Source of the DNA: Frateuria aurantia DSM 6220
GTDB taxonomy: Bacteria > Pseudomonadota > Gammaproteobacteria > Xanthomonadales > Rhodanobacteraceae
DNA: 40,000 bases
Direction of reading: 5' to 3'
Assembly (NCBI RefSeq): GCF_000242255.2
Contig: NC_017033.1
Span: 2,079,110-2,119,109 of the forward strand
Made by a program: the position numbers and the translations under genes. This document shows positions 33,349 to 40,000 of the stretch, one piece after another. Below the pieces are notes generated by a model. The model saw only the letters and a list, made by a program, of their open reading frames with translations, did no database searches and was not told the origin of the DNA. Every line of letters begins with the position of its first letter. Within the stretch, counting starts at the first letter, position 1.

Positions 33349-33633
33349 CAGCCTGGGGGCACAAGTCCTGCGGCTGGGGGCATAAAGCCCAGCTGGACCG
33401 CATCAAGACCCGACAGCCGCCAAGCCTTGGCAGGCCTGGGTTTGCGGGGCATCAGCGAACGTCGCTGGGGGCATCTCGGGATCGAGGTAGGGGGCATTGA
33501 GCCCTTGTGCCCCCAAATATGCCCCCACAAAGCCTGCGCTTCAATGGGATTGTATGGGACAACATGAGACGAGCAGGCAAGAAAAAACCCGCTAAGTAGC
33601 GGGTTTCAAAGGAAATTCAGGACTATATGGGAC
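33331..33633. promoter_or_regulatory. att arm with repeated motif arrays (GGGGGCAT-type x8, ATGGGAC-type x4)
   Basis: GGGGGCA(T/C) near 33332, 33355, 33376, 33444 (GCGGGGCAT), 33467 and 33490. The inverted form (A/G)TGCCCCC is at 33508 and 33520. ATGGGAT/ATGGGAC/ATGAGAC lie at 33544, 33554 and 33564, and ATGGGAC at 33627. Confidence 0.6.
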
Positions 33634-33650
33634 GTCCTGATATTGGTATG

Positions 33651-33735
33651 TGGTGCCCAAGAGGGGACTCGAACCCCTACGACTTGCGTCGCTACCACCT
33701 CAAGGTAGTGCGTCTACCAATTCCGCCACCTGGGC
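33651..33735 (-). tRNA. tRNA-Leu (anticodon GAG)
   Basis: 85 nt including an encoded CCA. The acceptor stem is GCCCAGG/CTTGGGC, the anticodon stem-loop is CTACC-TTGAGGT-GGTAG, the variable arm is long, and the T-arm is AGGGG-TTCGAGT-CCCCT. It lies downstream of secG, as does E. coli leuU. Confidence 0.9.
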
Positions 33736-33747
33736 TTGAAACTTGTG

Positions 33748-34107
33748 TCAGTGCGTTGCCGAGGAACCCGTAGCGGCCGGTACGGCGCCGTTGCCCGCGG
33801 GCTGGCTGGCAGCCGGCACGGAGGCCGCTGTCGGTGCAGCGGACATCAGGCTGCTGTCAGAAGCCTGACCTGCGCCGTGACGGCTCAGATACATGCCCAT
33901 GCCGAGACTCATCAGAAAGAATGCCGTGGCCAGCACGCCGGTGGCGCGGGTCAGGAAATTCGACGAACCACGGGCACCGAACACAGTCGCCGATGCTCCG
34001 CCTCCAAAGCCAGAGCCGGCTTCTGCACCCGCACCGCGCTGCATGAGGATCAGCACGATCATGGACGCTGCGATCAAGATGTAGAACACGCTGAAGATAG
34101 CGAACAT
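33748..34107 (-). CDS. secG: preprotein translocase subunit SecG
   Basis: 119 aa: 'ILIAASMIVLILMQRGAGAEAGSGFGGGASATVFGARGSSNFLTR', the SecG signature. Confidence 0.9.
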   Translation of the reverse strand: MFAIFSVFYILIAASMIVLILMQRGAGAEAGSGFGGGASATVFGARGSSNFLTRATGVLATAFFLMSLGMGMYLSRHGAGQASDSSLMSAAPTAASVPAASQPAGNGAVPAATGSSATH

Positions 34108-34121
34108 TGCGAACCTGATTC

Positions 34122-34889
34122 CTAACGCTTGTCTTGTCTCCCCGCCGCCTGACAGATACTGGCGAATTCTTCGGCATTCAATGAAGCGCCACCGACGAGC
34201 CCGCCATCAACATCCGGCTGGGCGAAAAGCTCAGCGGCGTTGACTGCCTTGACGCTGCCGCCATAAAGCAGCCGGGTCAGAGGGGAGATATTAGCATCCT
34301 TTTTCCGGATTTGGCTACGGATAAATGCATGGACTTGCTGTGCCTGCTCCGGGGTGGCACTGAGACCACTGCCAATGGCCCAGACCGGTTCGTAAGCAAT
34401 CACTGCCGAAACAAAAGCTTCGATGGGATTGTGATCCAGAACGGCGGCCAATTGGCGCTCGATCACTTCCAGTGTACGGCCCGCCACATGATCGGCATGC
34501 GTCTCCCCGACGCAGAGCACGGGCTTCAAGCCAGCTTGGCGAGCCGCCGAGAACTTGCGACCGACGTCATGATCGCTTTCTCGGAAGTCGGCCCGACGTT
34601 CCGAATGTCCGACGATGGCCCAGCCGGCACCGCAATCCGCGACCATGGCGGCCGAAATTTCGCCGGTATAGGCGCCCTCCCCGGCATGGATGCTGACATC
34701 CTGGGCACCGACACCGACCGCCCCGCCCGCAGCCAAGACCTGCACCGCTTCGCGCAAGTAAAGCGAGGGAGGAAACACTACCACGTCGACATCCTGAGGC
34801 TTGGCTGCCGCGGTGGCCGCGCACAGCTCCCGAGTCAGGGCCTGACTGCCATGCATCTTCCAATTACCCGCGACAAGTTTCTTACGCAT
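34122..34889 (-). CDS. tpiA: triosephosphate isomerase
   Basis: 255 aa with 'LVAGNWKMHG', 'IVGHSERR', 'AYEPVWAIGSG' and 'LYGGSV'. Confidence 0.95.
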   Translation of the reverse strand: MRKKLVAGNWKMHGSQALTRELCAATAAAKPQDVDVVVFPPSLYLREAVQVLAAGGAVGVGAQDVSIHAGEGAYTGEISAAMVADCGAGWAIVGHSERRADFRESDHDVGRKFSAARQAGLKPVLCVGETHADHVAGRTLEVIERQLAAVLDHNPIEAFVSAVIAYEPVWAIGSGLSATPEQAQQVHAFIRSQIRKKDANISPLTRLLYGGSVKAVNAAELFAQPDVDGGLVGGASLNAEEFASICQAAGRQDKR

Positions 34890-35023
34890 CGTGCGCCCAC
34901 AGCCCGGTAAATATGCGAAGTTAACGTGGCAGACCCGCTTCGGGCAAGCTTTTAACCTGCCAAAATGCTTGTATCGATCTAATTGGTATGCCCATCAACC
35001 ACTTTTCCATCAAGGAGTTGGCG

Positions 35024-35839
35024 ATGCCGGCACTACGCCCTTCAACGCTGATCACCGGCGCTTCAGCCGGGATCGGCGAGGCCTTCGCCCGGGCCCTGGC
35101 GGCTCGTGGCCACGACCTGATCCTGACGGCTCGGCGAGGCTCGCGACTTGAAACCCTGGCGGCCGAGTTGCGTGCGGCCCATGACTGCCAGGCCACGGTA
35201 CTGGTTGCCGATCTGGCAGACCCCGGCGCCCCCTAGCAGCTGGAAGCCGCGCTGCGGGCCCGCAAGTTGCAGGTCGACTGGCTGATCAACAATGCAGGCT
35301 ATGGTCTGCCCGGGCATTACCAGCAGCCGGACTGGAGCGAACATGCCGCCTTTCTGCAAGTCATGGTGATCGCCCCCAGTGAGCTGGCCTGGAGATTGCT
35401 GCCGGGCATGCGCGCGCGCGGCCATGGCCGCATCCTCAATGTCGCTTCGCTGGCCGGCTTCGCGCCGGGCACCGCGGGACATACCCAGTACGCTGCGGCG
35501 AAGGCTTTCATGATCAAGTTCTCGCAGTCGCTTGCGCAGGAAAATCGCGCGCAGGGCCTCACGGTCTGCGCACTGTGTCCAGGCTTCACCCGCTCCGAGT
35601 TCCACGATGTCACCGGCACGCGCGCATTGATGAACCGGATGCCTGACTTTATGTGGCAAAGCGCCGAAGCCGTTGTGGCCGAGGCACTGGAGGCATTGGA
35701 CCGTGGTGAGTCGGTACGCGTGACGGGGCGAGTCAACCGACTGATCAAGGCGGCGCTGAAGTTGCTGCCGGACCGGATGGCTGAGCGCCTGGCATCCGGC
35801 CAGGCCGGACGCTATCGGGCCCCGCCCCCGACCATGTGA
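35024..35839 (+). pseudogene. SDR oxidoreductase interrupted by a single in-frame TAG (35234-35236)
   Basis: ATG 35024 has AAGGAG upstream. It shows '[13 protein letters not shown]', then TAG, then, in the same frame, 'VDWLINNAGYG' and 'YAAAKAF'. ORFs 34988..35236 and 35267..35839 share one frame. Confidence 0.7.
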
Positions 35840-36343
35840 TGACCGGCGGAATCCGTGTCGGCTCAAGTGCAGATCGGCAAATGCCTGCCGCCGGCCATCC
35901 CTGACCGGCCACCCTGACCGGCCGCGCCGTCCAGCCACAGGCAGACATGACGATGTCGCAGCGAGTCCCAGCCCAGAGAAATGATGGCCTCTCAACCGGA
36001 ATGTCTGGCCATCGATTGAGGATGAGCCTGGTCGTGGATCTGGAAATACCGAGGAGCCAGTGCCCATTCGACATCATGAATCATGGGACTGGCCGACAAT
36101 CGTGTCTTGCATGACCCGGTCACCCGCCAGATGCTGCAGCAACAACGCGCATAGGGATTGCGCCGAGCCAGGCAACGTCATCGGCAACAAGGCCATCGCG
36201 ATGACTCAGGGCCGCCTGAGGCGGCCCGGCGCCATGGGTCATGCTCGGGAAACAGGCAAGGCCCGAGTCATGGCCTACCGGGATGTCCTGGGCAATCGCA
36301 TGATCCAGGCACGGCTGACGGGTCGGATCATGCGCTGGCCGGC

Positions 36344-37282
36344 TCAGGCGATCAGCTTGATTTCCCGCAGCCGTTGCATCAGATAGTCATGCGCGGTGAT
36401 GGACTCAGGATAGCGGTTCGGGTTGTCGGCGGTGATGGTCTGCGGCAGCGGATCGAGTACCACGTCGGGATTCGGATGCAGGAAGAAAGGCACCGAATAG
36501 CGCGACTGGCGACCCGCTTCTCCCGGCGGATTCACCACCCTGTGGGTGGTCGAGGGGTAGACATGATTGGTCAGCCGCTGCAGCATGTCGCCGATATTGA
36601 CCACGATGGCATCACCCTGGGTGGTGATCGGCAGCCATTCGCCATCACGCCCCAGCACCTCCAGACCGGCAGCGCTGGCACCGACCAGCAAGGTGATCAG
36701 GTTGATGTCCTCGTGGGCGCCGGCGCGAACATTCGGCACCTCGCCTTCCGGCAGCGGCGGATAATGCAGCGGACGCAGGATGGAGTTGCCGAACTGGACC
36801 TTGTCCTCGAAAAAGTCGATGGGCAGTTCGATATGCAGAGCCAGGGCCTGCAGCACCCGCCGCCCCAGCTGATCCAGTGCCTGGTACAGGCCGTAGCCGT
36901 ATTCGCGCAGCGCAGGCACTTCGGGCGGCCAGATATTGGGCGGCATCCGTTCGGCATAGACATGGCCGCGGTCAATCTCGCGACCGATATGCCAGAACTC
37001 CTTCAGATCGGGATGGCGACTGTCCTTGGCCGTCTCCACCTTGAAGGGAGTATAGCCGCGCGCACCACCGGCACCGCTGAGGTGGTATTGCCGCTTGACG
37101 GCATCCGGCAAGGCAAACAAGGCCTGGAAGGCCTGATAGGCGCCATCGATCAGTGCTGGATCGATGCCGTGACCGCGAATGCCGCAGAAGCCGAATTCAC
37201 GATAGGCCGCACCGAGCTCGGCCACGAAGGCCTCGCGGTCGGTGTCGAAACGGCGGATATCCAGAGTGGGAACGTGCTTCAT
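36344..37282 (-). CDS. 2-oxoglutarate/Fe(II)-dependent oxygenase (isopenicillin-N-synthase-like)
   Basis: 312 aa from ATG 37282 ('[19 protein letters not shown]'). The HxD motif is '[12 protein letters not shown]' and the distal His is 'STTHRVVN'. ATGA overlap with the glmM stop. Confidence 0.85.
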   Translation of the reverse strand: MKHVPTLDIRRFDTDREAFVAELGAAYREFGFCGIRGHGIDPALIDGAYQAFQALFALPDAVKRQYHLSGAGGARGYTPFKVETAKDSRHPDLKEFWHIGREIDRGHVYAERMPPNIWPPEVPALREYGYGLYQALDQLGRRVLQALALHIELPIDFFEDKVQFGNSILRPLHYPPLPEGEVPNVRAGAHEDINLITLLVGASAAGLEVLGRDGEWLPITTQGDAIVVNIGDMLQRLTNHVYPSTTHRVVNPPGEAGRQSRYSVPFFLHPNPDVVLDPLPQTITADNPNRYPESITAHDYLMQRLREIKLIA

Positions 37283-38664
37283 GGGGCATCCGTGGTCAAC
37301 AGGGAAGAAACATGCTCGGCGGCGGCATCCTGTACCGCCTCGGCCAGCCGATGGGCAAGCCGCTCGACTTCGTCGGCATCGGCCGCCTCGATGGTGACCC
37401 GTACCAGCGGCTCGGTGCCGGAGGCACGCAACACCACCCGTCCGCGACCGGCCAGTTCGGCCTCGACCAAGGCACAGGCGTTCTGCACGATGTCGGAATC
37501 CAGAGCTTCGCGGGCGCCCTCGACCCGCACGTTCAGCATCAACTGGGGCAGCTTGGTCAGTCCGCCGCGGGCGGCCGCCAGATCCTTGCCCTCCCCCACC
37601 AGCGCCTCCAGTACCGCCAGCGCGGCAACGATGCCGTCGCCAGTGGTGGCACGATCCAGACACAGGACATGGCCGGAGGTCTCGCCGCCCAGCACGCTGC
37701 CATGGGCCTTCATCTGTTGCAGCACGTAACGATCACCAACCTGGGCGCGCAGCAGCTCGATGCCCTCTTCGCGCAAGGCCAGCTGCAATCCGAAATTGCT
37801 CATCAGGGTGCCGACCACCGGCCCGTGCAGTTGACCCAGACGCTGCCAGTGGCGGGCCAGCACATAAAGAATGTCGTCGCCGTCGGCCAGCATGCCATGG
37901 CGATCCACCAGCTGGACCCGGTCACCATCCCCATCGAAGGCAATGCCCAGATCGGCACCGGCATCGAGCACCGCCCGCTGCAAGGCCTCGGGATGGGTCG
38001 AGCCGACGCCGTTGTTGATATTGAAACCGTCGGGGTGGTCGCCGATGGTGATGACATCGGCTCCGAGTTCCCGGAACACTTTGGGCGCAACCTGATAGGT
38101 CGCGCCATGAGCGCAGTCCAACACCAGTTTCAGGCCGCGCAGACTGAAGTCCTCGGCGACGGTGGCCTTGCAGAATTCGGCATAACGGGCAACCGCATCG
38201 TCGATACGCACGGCCTTGCCCAGCTGCTCCGAAGCGACCGTGGCAAAGTCGGCATCGACTTCGGCCTCGATCTCCAGCTCCAGCGCGTCGGACAGCTTTT
38301 CGCCGGCCGCCGAGAAGAACTTGATGCCGTTGTCATGGTGCGGATTGTGCGAGGCGCTGATGACAATGCCGGCATCGGCCCGCAGCGAGCGGGTCAGAAA
38401 AGCCACCGCCGGTGTCGGCATCGGTCCAAGCAGACGCACATCCACGCCGGCGGCGACCAGTCCGGCCTCCAGCGCGGACTCGAACATGTAGCCGGACACG
38501 CGGGTGTCCTTGCCGATCACCACCACCGGCTTTTGCCGGCCGCCATGACGGGCCAGCACGATGCCGGCGGCGCGTCCAAGGCGCAACATGAAATCGGCCG
38601 AAATAGGCCATTGTCCGACCAGACCGCGAATGCCGTCGGTACCAAAGTATTTGCGTGAAGTCAT
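37279..38664 (-). CDS. glmM: phosphoglucosamine mutase
   Basis: '[14 protein letters not shown]' and the active-site loop '[19 protein letters not shown]'. Confidence 0.95.
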   Translation of the reverse strand: MTSRKYFGTDGIRGLVGQWPISADFMLRLGRAAGIVLARHGGRQKPVVVIGKDTRVSGYMFESALEAGLVAAGVDVRLLGPMPTPAVAFLTRSLRADAGIVISASHNPHHDNGIKFFSAAGEKLSDALELEIEAEVDADFATVASEQLGKAVRIDDAVARYAEFCKATVAEDFSLRGLKLVLDCAHGATYQVAPKVFRELGADVITIGDHPDGFNINNGVGSTHPEALQRAVLDAGADLGIAFDGDGDRVQLVDRHGMLADGDDILYVLARHWQRLGQLHGPVVGTLMSNFGLQLALREEGIELLRAQVGDRYVLQQMKAHGSVLGGETSGHVLCLDRATTGDGIVAALAVLEALVGEGKDLAAARGGLTKLPQLMLNVRVEGAREALDSDIVQNACALVEAELAGRGRVVLRASGTEPLVRVTIEAADADEVERLAHRLAEAVQDAAAEHVSSLLTTDAP

Positions 38665-38708
38665 GATTTCATTCTACTCGTCGTCCCTGATCGCGCAGCG
38701 TGCGCGGA

Positions 38709-39626
38709 TCAATCATCATCCGGCCACACCGGTGCGGCCGGCCGGGTCGAAACACTGGCTGCGGCGCGATCATGTCCGGCTACCGCTGCCCACACCGCCA
38801 GCGCATCCACGGTTTCGGCCACGTCATGAACCCGGATCCAGCGTGCACCACGCTGCGCAGCGATCAGTGCCGCCGCCACCGAAGCCGCCGCCCGTTGCGC
38901 GGGCGCCGCACGACCGGTCACCGCACCCAGCACGGATTTGCGTGAAAGACCGACATACAGACCACCCGCCATATCCTGAAATTGCTGCAAATGGCTCAGC
39001 AACTGCAGATTGTGCTCCACCGACTTGCCGAAACCGAAGCCTGGATCGACCAGTACCTTGCGCTTGTCGATGCCAGCAAACTCGCATGCCAGCAGTCGCT
39101 CGGCCAGAAAGCGCTGCACTTCACCAACCACATCGCTGTAATCCGGAGCCTGCTGCATGGTGCCGGGCTCGCCCTGCATGTGCATGATGCATACCGGCAG
39201 GCCCAGGTCGGCGACGGCCTCCAAAGCGCCTTCGCGGCGCAAGGCATAGATGTCGTTGATCATGCCGACGCCCGCCGCAGCCGCGGCGCGCATCACCTCG
39301 GGCTTGTGGGTATCGATCGCCAATGGCAGGGAGCAGCGCGCGGCCAGGGCCTCGATCACCGGAATCACCCGGGAAAGCTCTTCATCCAGCGAAACCGCCG
39401 GTGCACCCGGACGGGTCGACTCGCCGCCGATGTCCAGCATGCCGGCGCCAGCCTCGGCCAGAGCCAGTCCATGGGCCACGGCCTTGTCCAGGGAATCGAA
39501 GCGCCCACCATCCGAGAACGAATCCGGCGTGACATTGACGATGCCGACCACGCAAGGGCGATCCAGCACCACCACGCGGCCACCGCAATCCATCGAGGGG
39601 CTGTTGTCCCAGGCCGGATCGCTCAC
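38709..39626 (-). CDS. folP: dihydropteroate synthase
   Basis: '[18 protein letters not shown]', '[12 protein letters not shown]' and 'IDTHKPEVM'. The start is GTG 39626 (GTGA overlap with the upstream gene) or ATG 39593. Confidence 0.9.
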   Translation of the reverse strand: MSDPAWDNSPSMDCGGRVVVLDRPCVVGIVNVTPDSFSDGGRFDSLDKAVAHGLALAEAGAGMLDIGGESTRPGAPAVSLDEELSRVIPVIEALAARCSLPLAIDTHKPEVMRAAAAAGVGMINDIYALRREGALEAVADLGLPVCIMHMQGEPGTMQQAPDYSDVVGEVQRFLAERLLACEFAGIDKRKVLVDPGFGFGKSVEHNLQLLSHLQQFQDMAGGLYVGLSRKSVLGAVTGRAAPAQRAAASVAAALIAAQRGARWIRVHDVAETVDALAVWAAVAGHDRAAASVSTRPAAPVWPDDD

Positions 39627-40000
39627 AGCGACTGGCCGCCCAGCACACCCATGAAGCTTCGGTAGTACTTCAGCTCGTCGATGGAGTCACGGATATCGGA
39701 CAAGGCGGTGTGGGCCGAGGTCTTGCGAATGCCGGCCGCCACCTCGGGAGCCCAGCGTCGCGCCAGTTCCTTGACCGTGGAGACATCCAGATTTCGGTAA
39801 TGGAAGAAGCGCTCAAGTCGCGGCATCTGCCGATGCAGGAAACGACGATCCTGGCAGATCGAGTTGCCGCACATCGGCGAAGCGCCGGAACTCAGCCATT
39901 CCCGCAGAAATTCCAGGGTGGCCTGCTCGGCTTCGGCATGGCCGGTAGTGGAGTCCAGCACCTGCTGCCACAGTCCGGAACGACTGTGCTGCCCGACATT
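39623..40000 (-). CDS. orn: oligoribonuclease (partial; the N-terminus lies beyond the window)
   Basis: '[43 protein letters not shown]...[18 protein letters not shown]' matches the Orn C-terminal half. The frame is open to the window edge. Confidence 0.85.
   Translation of the reverse strand, partial: NVGQHSRSGLWQQVLDSTTGHAEAEQATLEFLREWLSSGASPMCGNSICQDRRFLHRQMPRLERFFHYRNLDVSTVKELARRWAPEVAAGIRKTSAHTALSDIRDSIDELKYYRSFMGVLGGQSL

Noticed and set aside
16509-35236. The idea that the two in-frame TAG codons (16509-16511 and 35234-35236) reflect amber suppression or genetic-code recoding
   Set aside because: TAG terminates apparently normal genes in the same window (the LysR gene at 5034-5036 and the DUF1376 gene at 10185-10187). 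One of the two cases also carries a frameshift. Independent pseudogenisation or sequencing error is more parsimonious.
35063-36067. 334-aa minus-strand ORF
   Set aside because: It lies antisense to the SDR gene, whose motifs are unambiguous. It is Arg/Gly/Ser-rich shadow sequence.
36060-36386. 108-aa plus-strand ORF and fragmentary minus-strand reading frames in the 0.5-kb gap between the SDR and the oxygenase genes
   Set aside because: Translations in all frames are broken and unrecognisable. This is possibly a decayed gene, but nothing could be supported.
36158-38658. Long plus-strand ORFs (523 aa and 501 aa) across the oxygenase and glmM genes
   Set aside because: They lie antisense to two genes with textbook motifs and have His/Arg/Gln/Gly-rich low-complexity translations. 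They are classic high-GC shadow ORFs.

Overview
High-GC proteobacterial chromosome window. Core housekeeping genes sit at both ends. At the left are a siderophore-interacting reductase, an AraC regulator, dld, a LysR regulator and an SDR. At the right are tRNA-Leu(GAG), secG, tpiA, an SDR carrying an in-frame TAG, a 2OG-Fe(II) oxygenase, glmM, folP and a partial orn. Between about 6.5 kb and 33.65 kb lies roughly 27 kb of accessory DNA abutting the 3' end of tRNA-Leu, in three layers. (1) An AT-rich, translationally coupled two-gene cassette (a 278-aa soluble protein and a 156-aa membrane-anchored protein, resembling a toxin/immunity pair), followed by gene fragments and an IS3-family element that has a classic A6G frameshift site but no target-site duplication. 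(2) An IS-truncated lambdoid prophage remnant with no structural genes. It keeps a DUF1376-type replication gene with embedded GTCAC/GTGAC iterons, CII-like, Cro-like and CI-like (S24) genes, tripartite operators, a RecT/YqaJ recombination module, xis and int. Directly downstream of the CI gene, and closed by a second operator set, is a strongly AT-rich moron cluster in the position lambda uses for rexAB. It encodes a RexA-like 299-aa protein, a RexB-like 4-TM 155-aa protein, a start-less GIY-YIG fragment and a 306-aa HNH-like orphan. (3) A roughly 10.5 kb P4/PICI-like integrative element bounded by imperfect copies of the tRNA 3' end. It carries a P4-type integrase, AlpA, a KilA-N protein, a Toprim primase, a DUF927/SF3-like helicase, two low-GC cargo genes and a roughly 1.85 kb stretch with no credible ORF. 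It also has unusually dense repeat architecture: TGGAACAC octamers in two distant clusters (like P4 ori/crr), helically phased GTCACG boxes, three ~40-bp repeats, and 10-bp-phased ATGGGAC and GGGGGCAT arrays in the att arms. A 10-bp palindrome, GTGACGTCAC, is shared between the prophage ori-like region and the satellite. All family assignments come from motif reading and memory, without database searches.
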